In this document: one piece after another, positions 29,059 to 38,591 of the stretch | How the letters are laid out: every line of letters begins with the position of its first letter | How positions within the stretch are numbered: position 1 is the stretch's first letter | Assembly (NCBI GenBank): GCA_963801355.1 | Contig: CAWDEM010000008.1 | Location: 2,688,001 to 2,752,000 of the forward strand | DNA: 64,000 bases | Direction of reading: 5' to 3' | Origin: Ignavibacteriota bacterium | GTDB taxonomy: Bacteria > Bacteroidota > Ignavibacteria > UBA10030 > UBA6906 | Translations under genes and position numbers: made by a program | Notes under the pieces: model-generated | The model's database searches: none | What the model saw: the letters and a program-made list of their open reading frames with translations, nothing else | Told to the model about the DNA's origin: nothing

Positions 29059-32000
29059 ATGAAAACAATGATTCTCCACCTCCTGGCAATCGCAGCGTTG
29101 CTTTTGCCCGTCGCGATGCCCCGTGCACAGGAGATTGACTTCAACCGGATCGACCCGAAGAAGGCGACGCCGGAAGAATGGCAGAAACTCGTGGACTTCC
29201 TGGAGCAGCAGTCGAAAAACTCCCTGGGCAAGACATCGGGCGAATCGACGGTTCGCAGCCTGATCATCAAGGGCAACAAGATCACTACTGTGGTCTACAA
29301 CAATGGCAGCATCACGCGTCCGAATACGCTGGGCAATACAGCGGACCTGGTGTGGAATCGCCTCGGTTACGGCTACGAGTTCGTTCCTCTCGTCGCTGCA
29401 CGCGTGAAGAGCATCCAGGGAGATTCCATCTGGATGCTCGACGACGGCATGTACACGCCCACTCAGGGCGCGTATGCATCGGACGGCTCCCTGAAATGGG
29501 GCTGGCTGCCAAAGGCAGGCTATGCGGCCGCCGGCCAAAACGATATCGCCGCATGGAGCCATCGCGCGGATGTCGGCGGCGACCTCACACGCAAACCCCA
29601 CAGCTGGCCGGAGTCATGGTACAACCAGGCGCTCGGCCGGTACGTCTGGCCGGCATTCCTCGGCAATGACGCGACCTCACCGGATGAAGAAGTCTACTTC
29701 GTCTGCGATGACTTCACCAATGCCAAATGGAAAGACAAGTACCGTCCGTTCCCGGGTGACTCAACGAAACTCGGACTCGGACTTGATCTCGAGTGTCGCT
29801 TTTTTCAGTTCAACAACCCGCTGGCGGAAGATATCATCTTTCTCGTGTACCGGGTGACGAACAGAAGCCCTCAAACCATCGGTAAAGTGTACTTTGGCAT
29901 GTTCGGCGACCCGCATGTCGGCGGGTATAACGACTACTCGGATGACTTGGCATACTTCATCCCTCCCAAGGGCCCTCTGGCTGATCCGTTTCCGCAACGG
30001 GCGCGGAGTATGGTCTACGCGTGGGACAAGGATAAGACCGGCATGGGCGGGCTCGTGCCCGGCTATTTCGGGTTCAAATTCCTCGAATCCCCCAGTAATG
30101 AGACCAACGGAAAAGACGACGATGACGACGGCATTGTCGATGAGAGCCCGTTCAACGCAATGGGATTCTACATTGACGGTGCGACGATCCCGCTCAGCAC
30201 GGGCATCGCCGACACCGCCAAGTACATCAAAGTGTACGGCCGCCCGAAACCCCGCTGGTCGGGGGATGAAAACGGCAACTGGCGGCTCGACAAGGATGAT
30301 GTCGGCCTGGACGGACTTCCCGGCACCGGCGATTTCGGCGAAGGGAATGCCAAACCCGATATCGGATATGACGCAAACAACACCCTGGTCGCCGAACCGA
30401 ACTTCGGCATCCGGGATGTCAACGAATCGGACCAGATCGGTCTGACGAGCTTTTATGCCCAGTACGCCGGAGCACCCAATTTTCCCGTGAACGATGTGCA
30501 GTTCACACAGCAGCTTTCATCCGACTCCATCGCGATTGACCAGGCCTACTTCTCCACCGAGGGTGACAATGAGTTCCTGTACGGGTCCGGGCCGTTTGCA
30601 CTTGAGCCGAACGCAACGCAACGTTTTTCGATCGCCCTGATGATGGGCGAGAATCTGGACGACTTGCTCCTGAATTCGGAAACCGCCCAGCGGGTGCTTG
30701 AAGCGAACTATATGTTCGCCCAGCCGCCCCCAAAGCCGACCGTGCGCGCCATTCCCGGGGACGGCAGGGTGTCGCTCTACTGGGATGACTTTGCCGAGAA
30801 GACGACCGATCCCCTGACCAACACGCAGGATTTCGAGGGCTACAAGGTCTACCGCAGCCAGGACTATACCTTCAGCGACCTGTACACGATCACCGATGCC
30901 AACGGTGTCGCCTTCCTGCCCACACCCCTCATCGGAAAAACAGGGAACAAAGCTCAATACGACCTTGTCAATATCTGGTCCGGTTTGCACCCGGTGGAGT
31001 ACCTCGGGCGGGGCGTGAAGTACTACCTGGGCTCAAACAGCGGACTCGTGCACGAGTATGTCGATTCCACAGTGACCAACGGCGTGACGTACTACTATGC
31101 CGTCGCATCGTACGACCATGGGTTTGACAGTCTGAGCGTGGCGTTGCCGCCGACCGAGTGTCAGATCGCCATCACCAAGGATCCCATCACCAGCGAGCTG
31201 CACTTCGACCAGAATACGCTGGCAGTCACACCCGGACCGCTGCCGAACGGCCAGAATCCCGCTCAGGTCAGCAACAATTCCACCGCCCAGCGAGTCACGG
31301 GGCTTTCCACCGGATCGATGCGGATCAAAGTGTTCGAAGACTTCTCCGTCATCGACGGTGCGAAATACAACGTCAGTTTCCGGAATGACGGCTCGAAGCT
31401 CGTGTACGATGTGCAGTCCACGGCAGTGACAACAGAGACCTTCACATCCCGCGACACGATTTACGTCCCCCTGTCAAAGAAGAACCTCATTGCATCGACC
31501 GTCGAAGTGAAGGACCTTGCCGGAACCGTCATCCCCCCGACAGCGTACCGCATCGATGCGATCTCCGGCCGCATACGCGGCGCGGGACTGGGAACTCTGC
31601 CGGAGAATAAGCAGTTCACTGTCTCGTTCCGGTACTACGCCGTGTTTGCGAGCACGAACATGAATTCCGAAGACAACAACCCGGTGTTCGACGGCGTCCG
31701 CCTCTATGTGCAAGACGAGCCGCTGGGCATCGATTCGATCCGCAGTGGCTGGGTCGTCAAGAGCAACTCGAATCTCGCCGCTGCGACCGACCGCCCCAGA
31801 TTCGCGCTCACCACAAATCCGCTCCGTCCGGCACCGCTCGACTTCCAGATCCGCTGGAACCGGACGGATACACTGGCAAACGGAAAGTGGGCTTACCCGG
31901 GAGACACTCTGCTGAACAACTTCGGCCGCAAGGTCGTAGTCTGCCCCTTCCGTGTCGTCAACATCACCGACACCTCCACGATCAGGGTACTGGTCGACAA

Positions 32001-32562
32001 GGCCCAGGCCGACAGCATATGGCGCCCCGGTCGTGAGCTGGTGGTCGTCACACCGCCCAAGTACGCCCCGCAGAGTCCAATCCCTGCCCTGCTCGCCGTC
32101 ATGTTTTCCGTGCCGGCGGATGGGTCGCCGCTGGTGTTGCCTTCCAATGGCGACATCTACGAGGCAAAAACCACCAAGCCGTTCGCTGCAGGCGATCAAT
32201 ACACGTTCAGTACGACGTCCTCGAAGTTCGAGGCATCACAGGCGGCCGCTTCACTCGACCGCATCTGTGTCGTGCCGAACCCGTATGTTGCCTACAGTAC
32301 ACTCGAACAACCCGGCCCGACCGCCTTGCGCCGCGGGGAGCCGACGCTGCAATTCCGCAATCTCCCACCGCACTGCACCATTCGCATCTACACGATGGTC
32401 GGAGAACTGGTGGATACAATCGAGAAGAACGACGCCACAAGCTACGCCGCATGGCGCCTGCTGTCCTATGAGGGACAACGGCTGGCCTACGGGGTGTATC
32501 TCTATCACGTGGATGTGCCCGGAATCGGCGAGAAAATCGGGCGGTTTGCGTTGATCAAATGA
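29059..32562 (+). CDS. Large exported Asp-rich protein with FN3 and atypical T9SS-like CTD (TBDR partner 2)
   Basis: Signal peptide MKTMILHLL; DDDDDGIVDE and DDVGLDGLPGTGD repeats; DFEGYKVYRS FN3; C-terminal VVPNPY..FRNLPPHCTIRIYTMVGELV..YGVYLY..FALIK. Confidence 0.85.
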   Translation: MKTMILHLLAIAALLLPVAMPRAQEIDFNRIDPKKATPEEWQKLVDFLEQQSKNSLGKTSGESTVRSLIIKGNKITTVVYNNGSITRPNTLGNTADLVWNRLGYGYEFVPLVAARVKSIQGDSIWMLDDGMYTPTQGAYASDGSLKWGWLPKAGYAAAGQNDIAAWSHRADVGGDLTRKPHSWPESWYNQALGRYVWPAFLGNDATSPDEEVYFVCDDFTNAKWKDKYRPFPGDSTKLGLGLDLECRFFQFNNPLAEDIIFLVYRVTNRSPQTIGKVYFGMFGDPHVGGYNDYSDDLAYFIPPKGPLADPFPQRARSMVYAWDKDKTGMGGLVPGYFGFKFLESPSNETNGKDDDDDGIVDESPFNAMGFYIDGATIPLSTGIADTAKYIKVYGRPKPRWSGDENGNWRLDKDDVGLDGLPGTGDFGEGNAKPDIGYDANNTLVAEPNFGIRDVNESDQIGLTSFYAQYAGAPNFPVNDVQFTQQLSSDSIAIDQAYFSTEGDNEFLYGSGPFALEPNATQRFSIALMMGENLDDLLLNSETAQRVLEANYMFAQPPPKPTVRAIPGDGRVSLYWDDFAEKTTDPLTNTQDFEGYKVYRSQDYTFSDLYTITDANGVAFLPTPLIGKTGNKAQYDLVNIWSGLHPVEYLGRGVKYYLGSNSGLVHEYVDSTVTNGVTYYYAVASYDHGFDSLSVALPPTECQIAITKDPITSELHFDQNTLAVTPGPLPNGQNPAQVSNNSTAQRVTGLSTGSMRIKVFEDFSVIDGAKYNVSFRNDGSKLVYDVQSTAVTTETFTSRDTIYVPLSKKNLIASTVEVKDLAGTVIPPTAYRIDAISGRIRGAGLGTLPENKQFTVSFRYYAVFASTNMNSEDNNPVFDGVRLYVQDEPLGIDSIRSGWVVKSNSNLAAATDRPRFALTTNPLRPAPLDFQIRWNRTDTLANGKWAYPGDTLLNNFGRKVVVCPFRVVNITDTSTIRVLVDKAQADSIWRPGRELVVVTPPKYAPQSPIPALLAVMFSVPADGSPLVLPSNGDIYEAKTTKPFAAGDQYTFSTTSSKFEASQAAASLDRICVVPNPYVAYSTLEQPGPTALRRGEPTLQFRNLPPHCTIRIYTMVGELVDTIEKNDATSYAAWRLLSYEGQRLAYGVYLYHVDVPGIGEKIGRFALIK

Positions 32563-32587
32563 AATGGAAAATGCACACGGAGGTTTT

Positions 32588-33644
32588 ATGAACATCCATC
32601 ATCGCAGCCGGGTCCTGATGACGGGCATCCTCGTGGCGGTCCTGACGATCGCCATGGTACTCCCCTCACATGCCCAGCTGTTCCGCAGCACAGCGAAGGT
32701 GGGAACGACCGCGGCGCAGTTCCTGAAGATCGGCGTGGGTGCCCGCGCTGTCGGGATGGGAGGTGCGCAGGTGGGCGTCACGGGCGACATCTCCTCCATC
32801 TACTGGAATCCCGCCGCCCTTTCGCGGATGAACATCAACAGCGAGCTGATGTTCAACCATGTCAAATGGCTTGCTGACATCAACTTACGACTTTGCCGCA
32901 GGGGCATTGCCGATCGGCGAGCTGGGAACGTTTGCCCTATCGGTGACGTCGTTGCGCGTCCCCGAAGAGATCGTCCGCACGGTGGATTTTCCCGATGGTG
33001 ACGGCCGCCGCTGGGACGCAAGCTCCATCGCCTTCGGCCTCTCTTATGCGCGCAACCTCACCGACCGGTTCTCGATCGGGTTCACCGCGAAGTATATCCG
33101 TGAAGCCCTCTGGAGTGAAAGTGCAAGCGGCTTCGCCGTCGATGTGGGTACTCTCTATCTGACCGAGATCCCCGGACTCAGCATCGGTGCTTCGATCGCG
33201 AATTTCGGGACGACGATGCAACTTGACGGCCGCGACCTTCAATTCAATTACGATCCGGACGCCGACGCCGGAACAGGACCCAACAACATTCCGTCCGATC
33301 TCCGGACAGAGTCATTCGATCTGCCGCTGACGTTCCGTATCGGCCTCGCATGGGATCTTTATCCCGCCGACGAGATCCGGACCACCGTCGCCGTGGACGC
33401 GGCACATCCCAACGACAACACCGAGTATATGAACACGGGCCTGGAAGTCAGCTGGAAGGAAATCGTGTTCGGGCGCGTGGGCTACAAGTCGCTGTTCCTG
33501 CGGGATTCCGAGCAGGGACTCACCTGGGGCCTGGGCGTGCACTACGGCATACCCAACGTCGCCACCGTGAAACTTGACTACGGTTTCGCGGACTACGGGC
33601 GGCTGAAAAATGTGCAGTACTTTGAGCTGGGGATACGCTTATAG
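32588..33644 (+). CDS. PorV/PorQ-family barrel, copy 2 (one frameshift near 32886)
   Basis: GTTAAQFLKIGVGARAVGMG..IYWNPA joins YDFAAG...LPLTFRIG..HPNDNTEY..DYGF after removing one extra T; SD GGAGG before ATG 32588. Confidence 0.85.
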
Positions 33645-33681
33645 ACATGCGCAGCATGACGTGCGGGAGCACCTGAGGTAC

Positions 33682-33717
33682 AAGAGCCGCACCGGAGAAC
33701 CGGTGCGGCTCTTTCTT
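33682..33717. terminator. Terminator hairpin between the convergent PorV-like genes
   Basis: Perfect 14-bp stem AAGAGCCGCACCGG-AGAA-CCGGTGCGGCTCTT followed by TCTT. Confidence 0.75.
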
Positions 33718-33763
33718 CCCTCGTCGTGCGTGAGATCGCTTCGTCGCTTCGCGACTCGCGAAT

Positions 33764-34798
33764 TTAGAAGCGCACGCCGAGCGACAGGTAGTGAACGTTG
33801 TTCAATCTGCCCCAATCCTGGTAGGCATAGTCCAGCTTCACTTTGAACTCACCGACCACGCGATACTGCACACCAATCCCGGCAGTGAAGCCCTGTTCGG
33901 TATCCCGTTCGAAGAGTGATTTCCATCCGCCGCGCAGGAAGACCATCTCCGTCCATCCGTATTCGACCCCCACATTGAGGTACTCCGTGTTGTCGTTCGG
34001 ATGCACGGCATCGATTGCAGCGGTGATGCGGTTCTCGTCTGTTTTCATGACATCGGCGGCTACGCCCACGCGGAACAGGAGCGGCAGGTCGAACTCATCG
34101 AGCTGGATGTCCGTGTTGATCAGATTTCCTTCAGGTCCGCCCGGCATGGCAATCAAGAGGTTGTCGCGCCCCTCCAGCTTCATTTTGGACCCGAAGTTGC
34201 AGATGCTCGCTGCGAGGCGGAACTCGTTCAAGATGGGGATCTTGTAGACCGTCCCGATGTCGATGGCGATGCCTGCCGACGACATGTTCCAGATGTACTC
34301 GCGCACGTACTTGGCGTTGAAACCGATTGAAAAGCGGTCGGTCAGATTGCGGGCGTAACTGATACCGATCGCCATGGCACCGGCGGTGAACATCTCACCC
34401 GTTCCTTCCGGGACATCCTCCGTGCGCACCATCATGTCATCCATGGATTCAACGCTGACGAATGCGCCGAGCGTGCCGAAGTCCGGCAAGTGCGTGGAAA
34501 AGGCCGCGAAGTCGTAGTTGACGTCGCCAAACCACCGGACGTGATTGAATGTGGCCTCGCTGGCGTAAACGTTGGCCAGCCCGCCGGGGTTCCAGTAGAT
34601 CGCAGTGATGTCATCCGCGGTTGCGGTAAATGCACCCCCCATGCCGATCGCGCGCGAGCCGACGCCGATCTTCAGGAAGGGAGCCGCGGTGGTGCCAGTT
34701 TTGGTCAGATTCTGCGACAAGCCGACCGATGCTGCCAGGCAGAACAGAAGGATTCCTGCCAACATTCTCGGTGTGCGCCTGTGGTCCTGCATATTCAT
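33764..34798 (-). CDS. PorV/PorQ-family barrel, copy 3
   Basis: GTTAAPFLKIGVGSRAIGMG..IYWNPG, LPLLFRVG, HPNDNTEY, DYAY and terminal Phe; SD GGAGG before ATG 34798. Confidence 0.88.
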   Translation of the reverse strand: MNMQDHRRTPRMLAGILLFCLAASVGLSQNLTKTGTTAAPFLKIGVGSRAIGMGGAFTATADDITAIYWNPGGLANVYASEATFNHVRWFGDVNYDFAAFSTHLPDFGTLGAFVSVESMDDMMVRTEDVPEGTGEMFTAGAMAIGISYARNLTDRFSIGFNAKYVREYIWNMSSAGIAIDIGTVYKIPILNEFRLAASICNFGSKMKLEGRDNLLIAMPGGPEGNLINTDIQLDEFDLPLLFRVGVAADVMKTDENRITAAIDAVHPNDNTEYLNVGVEYGWTEMVFLRGGWKSLFERDTEQGFTAGIGVQYRVVGEFKVKLDYAYQDWGRLNNVHYLSLGVRF

Positions 34799-34864
34799 AA
34801 AACCTCCGTCTGCAATCTCAATGACCGATGTGTCATGCACGCAACCCCATGCGGTGGGCGGGGG

Positions 34865-37800
34865 TCACTTGATCAACGCGAACTTGACGATCTTCTCTCC
34901 GACATCGGGTGCATCAATATGCGCCACATAGACGCCGTAGGCCACACTGAAGCCGTCACGGTTGAGCAGGTTCCAGTACTCACGTGCATAGTCCATGCCG
35001 CTGTCGTGCTCGATCGTCTGCACGAGATCACCGTTGATAGTGAAAATCCTGATCGTGCACTGCGGCGGGAGATTTTCGAAATAGATCCTCCGTTCACCGC
35101 GCGTCGCGCCGGGAAGGCGATTCGTCGGTTCGATGGTACTCAGACCCACATAGGGGTTCGGAACGACGTATATCTTGTCCAGCCGCGAGCTCGCCAGCTG
35201 GAGATCCATCGTCCCGCTTTCGGTGGTCAGCGTGAATGCGTCAACTGACAGGAACGGCCGCCGCGTCTTGATGAACAGGACGTCACCGTCGCTGGGGACA
35301 TGCGAAGTCCGCGACGGATCCTGTGGCTTCGTAATGATGACGCTCCAGGTCGTGGTGTCTGTTCCCACTCCGGCTGCTCCGGGCTTGAACAGCACGATCT
35401 CTTCGCCCGGGTCCCACTGCGTATTCCGGGTCGCGGAATTCTCCACCAGGAATGTCAGGATTCTGTTCGGCGTCCCGGTCGTCACGTCCTTCACAGAGTA
35501 GCGTACAGGAATTTTGACCAACCCGGGGTTCAAGGTCATGGCCGAATCGATATTCCCGGCGGAAAACCGGATCTCGTAGTCCGCCGGCCACAGCCGTTTG
35601 CGGTTGCCGAGAGTCGTGAGACGGGCAGTGAAATCGTAGTTCGAATTTCCCTCCACCCACTCGGACCGCGTCGAATCGAACCTCAACTCGGGATGTTCGT
35701 TGACGCGCAGCTGAATGCCGTCGAACACGGGATTTGAGTCTTCCGCTTTCAGTGCCACACTCCGGAAGATCGGGTAGTACCGGTACTCGATGGTGAGTGA
35801 TCCGTTGTCGGGTATCGCACTCCCGGCGGTACGGCGTATGGATCCCCGATCCAGATTCACCACATAGTCTGTCCCGCGCGTGTATACCGTCCCGCCAGCC
35901 CCCGTGACTTTCAGGAAGCCGTCATCGGAGAGATTGTTGTGCTGCAGTGCGGTGAAGTTCGTATCGTACGGAACAATCGTCTCCTTCACCGGACGTGTAT
36001 TCAGGACGGAATAGTTCTTTGCGTTCTGTCTCTTGCCGTTCACGAGAAGTGTGTCGGCGAAGGTGATGGTGTACTCTCCCCCTTGGATCACCGTCCGATC
36101 ATTCAGAATCCGAAACGTCACTTCGCCGGTCCCGATGCCGTAGTTGTGCGTCACGTTCTGGCTGCCGATCACCGGCGGAACATAGCCGCTTGCCCGTGGG
36201 CCTGGAATGGTCTGGCAGGTGTTCACGTCGAAGCTCAATTGCGATGTAATGGGATCCACGGTGATTTTCTTCGTGGACTCCGTCGGCGGAATGCCGACCG
36301 AATCGCCATGGTCATACGAGACTACAGCATAGTAGTAGGTCTGGCCGTTGACCACCTTGTTGGAATCCACAAACACATGCACGAGTCCTGTGTTGTTTCC
36401 GAGATAGTAATGTACACCCCGATCCTGATAAGCCACCTGAGAATATCCCTTCCAGGGGTCTTCGACCTGGGTTTCCCTGATTTTGTTCTGGTTGAGATCG
36501 ACGTACGGTTCGCCGACGTCATATTTGCCGTTCCCATTGAGATCGGTGTATGGCTCATCGCGCAAGGCAACGTCAAACTTTGCTTCTTTTCCGTTGACAT
36601 CCTTCAACGGCTCAGTCAGGAAGGCGGAGCCTTTGCCGTCGGTCACCGTCTGTATGTCGTTGAATGCAGGATCGGTGCTGCGGTAAATGACGTATCCCTC
36701 GAAGTCTTTTCCTGTCAACGGATCAACGCTTTCCTCTGCGATGGTATCCCAGTACAGCGTCACTTTCTTATCGCCGGCGACGGCGCTCACGTGCGGCGTC
36801 AGGGGCGGCCGGAAGAACTGGTAATTTTTGTTGTAGATCGTCTGGACGGTTTTGGCGGTCGTCAACAGGCCATCCCGATCCTCCGCAAGGAGCATTGCCA
36901 TGGAGATGCGCTTCGTTTCCGCCGGGGCGAGTGTGATATACCCCGATCCAAAAATGAACACGATATCCGATTCTTGCTGTATTGCACCGAAGTTGCGGGG
37001 AATCGAACGGTTCCACATCGACTCATCGTTCGAAATCTTGTCAGAATTCCAGGGCCAGCTGTTGAAACTGGTCAGGCCGATCTGATCCGATTCATCAAGG
37101 TCTGTCAGCTCGAAGTTCGGCTCACCGGGATGCAACGGATCGAGCGAGCCGTCGGCCATGCGGATACCGGCATCGGGGACACCATTCCCCTCACCCTGAT
37201 CTCCGGTGTTGGGGACGCCGTCGACACCGATATCATCCGAGACCGCCAGCCAGTCTTTGTCGTTATCGATGCCGTCATCCTGTCGTTCGTCAACCATGCC
37301 GTCGCCGTCGTTGTCGATGGCATCATTGGGCTTGCCCGGGCTCTCGAGGAATTTGCAGCCGAGATATCCCAGGGCCAGCCCGCGGGCACCTATCATATCC
37401 GGATCCCAGAAATAGACCATGCTGCGGGAGTAGACGGGAACACTCTCAGCGGTTCCGGTCGAATCATACGGCGCGATGAAATAGCCGTTGTCATCATTAT
37501 TCTGAGGATTTCCGCCTCCGAGATCCGGATCGCCATAGATGCCAAAGAAGGTGCTGTCGAGATGGGTCGTGCTGGTATTCGTGATCGTATACACAAAGAA
37601 GATGGTGTTCTCGGCCAGCGCATTGCTCCACTGGAAGGCGCGTCCGTCGACCTGCACTCCGATCCCCTTCCGTGCAGAATCCCCGGGGAAGGGATAGTAC
37701 GGGAATTCCATATTGAACCGGTCATCCATGGACCAGAACACCTCAAGGTCCGAACTCAGCACGTCCTGGGAGAGGTATCCCGGCCACACGTACTTGCCAA

Positions 37801-38395
37801 GGGTGGGGTTGTACCATGCCCGCGGCCAGCTGTCAGGTTTGCCGTCGCCGTTCTTGTCCGGCGCAGGGTTGGAGGCCATGCTCGCCTGGTCAGGATCCGC
37901 GTAGCCGGGAAGCGGCTGCCATTGCCAGAGCGTGTCCCCCGTGGGGTTCACCTCACGCAGTCCGGGATAGTCCCACAGAGCGTCGGAGATAATATGGAAT
38001 CTCTTACCTGGGTTGCGGGTATCTGGAACGGAGGCGCCGACAATCGGACAGAACTGGAACACGTAGTCGAGATTGTGCCAGACGAAGTTGTTCACTCCGC
38101 GGAGGACATCGTATCCGGGAGCAATGCCGCCATAATTGAACAGGGTGACCGCAATCTTGTTGCCGTTCATGAAGTACGACTTGCGGTCTTTCTGGGCATT
38201 CACACCGCTCGTCTTCTCCGGTCCGCCGGGAACTCCCTTGATACGCTGTTCCGCGGTGGGTGATGTGCTTGTTCGGTCAGTCTGCTCACTCGCTCCCTGT
38301 CCGAACAGGGGGAACGTGCAGGCGACCAAAGCGGCGAGTAGTTTCAGCCATCGTGTACCGTCGAATGGTATCATGCGTTTCTCATTGTTCATCAT
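34865..38395 (-). CDS. Large exported Asp-rich protein with FN3 and atypical CTD (TBDR partner 3), paralog of 29059..32562
   Basis: Shares GNKI, WPxxWYN, LAE, GDP.xGG, FLESP, ESDQIGLTSF, DFEGYxxYRS, VVPNPY and FALIK with its paralog; has extra EPYxDLNxN repeats. Confidence 0.85.
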   Translation of the reverse strand: MMNNEKRMIPFDGTRWLKLLAALVACTFPLFGQGASEQTDRTSTSPTAEQRIKGVPGGPEKTSGVNAQKDRKSYFMNGNKIAVTLFNYGGIAPGYDVLRGVNNFVWHNLDYVFQFCPIVGASVPDTRNPGKRFHIISDALWDYPGLREVNPTGDTLWQWQPLPGYADPDQASMASNPAPDKNGDGKPDSWPRAWYNPTLGKYVWPGYLSQDVLSSDLEVFWSMDDRFNMEFPYYPFPGDSARKGIGVQVDGRAFQWSNALAENTIFFVYTITNTSTTHLDSTFFGIYGDPDLGGGNPQNNDDNGYFIAPYDSTGTAESVPVYSRSMVYFWDPDMIGARGLALGYLGCKFLESPGKPNDAIDNDGDGMVDERQDDGIDNDKDWLAVSDDIGVDGVPNTGDQGEGNGVPDAGIRMADGSLDPLHPGEPNFELTDLDESDQIGLTSFNSWPWNSDKISNDESMWNRSIPRNFGAIQQESDIVFIFGSGYITLAPAETKRISMAMLLAEDRDGLLTTAKTVQTIYNKNYQFFRPPLTPHVSAVAGDKKVTLYWDTIAEESVDPLTGKDFEGYVIYRSTDPAFNDIQTVTDGKGSAFLTEPLKDVNGKEAKFDVALRDEPYTDLNGNGKYDVGEPYVDLNQNKIRETQVEDPWKGYSQVAYQDRGVHYYLGNNTGLVHVFVDSNKVVNGQTYYYAVVSYDHGDSVGIPPTESTKKITVDPITSQLSFDVNTCQTIPGPRASGYVPPVIGSQNVTHNYGIGTGEVTFRILNDRTVIQGGEYTITFADTLLVNGKRQNAKNYSVLNTRPVKETIVPYDTNFTALQHNNLSDDGFLKVTGAGGTVYTRGTDYVVNLDRGSIRRTAGSAIPDNGSLTIEYRYYPIFRSVALKAEDSNPVFDGIQLRVNEHPELRFDSTRSEWVEGNSNYDFTARLTTLGNRKRLWPADYEIRFSAGNIDSAMTLNPGLVKIPVRYSVKDVTTGTPNRILTFLVENSATRNTQWDPGEEIVLFKPGAAGVGTDTTTWSVIITKPQDPSRTSHVPSDGDVLFIKTRRPFLSVDAFTLTTESGTMDLQLASSRLDKIYVVPNPYVGLSTIEPTNRLPGATRGERRIYFENLPPQCTIRIFTINGDLVQTIEHDSGMDYAREYWNLLNRDGFSVAYGVYVAHIDAPDVGEKIVKFALIK

Positions 38396-38411
38396 AAAGA
38401 TCTCTCACGTT

Positions 38412-38591
38412 CTGTGCGGGTCCCTATGTGGCGACCAGTGCGTTAGAATTCCACCGATGCACCCACACGCACTTCACGAGGTGCGGAATAGTAGCTGGGG
38501 TTGACGAACCACTCGCTGGCAGGATGGACCCCGGGGATTTCTGCCGCGAGCTTGTCCGTCGCCTGTGCGGTCCCCTGTGTGGCGACCAGTG
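38412..38591. repeat. 29-nt imperfect direct repeat (38412-38440 intergenic; 38563-38591 inside TBDR3)
   Basis: CTGTGCGGGTCCCTATGTGGCGACCAGTG versus CTGTGCGGTCCCCTGTGTGGCGACCAGTG, 26/29 identical. Confidence 0.8.

Noticed and set aside
26760-32890. Programmed frameshifting or phase variation in TBDR2 and PorV copy 2
   Set aside because: No slippery heptamers or long simple repeats at the break points, and the paralogs are uninterrupted. Sequence error is the simpler explanation.
35939-38263. 774-aa plus-strand ORF, and similar long antisense ORFs (e.g. 13033..14244, 50953..52485, 62439..63446)
   Set aside because: They are shadow frames opposite well-supported genes in GC-rich DNA and carry no recognisable motifs.
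38412-38591. DGR template/variable repeat or CRISPR repeat
   Set aside because: Only two 29-nt copies; the mismatches are not adenine-specific; no reverse transcriptase or cas gene lies in the window.
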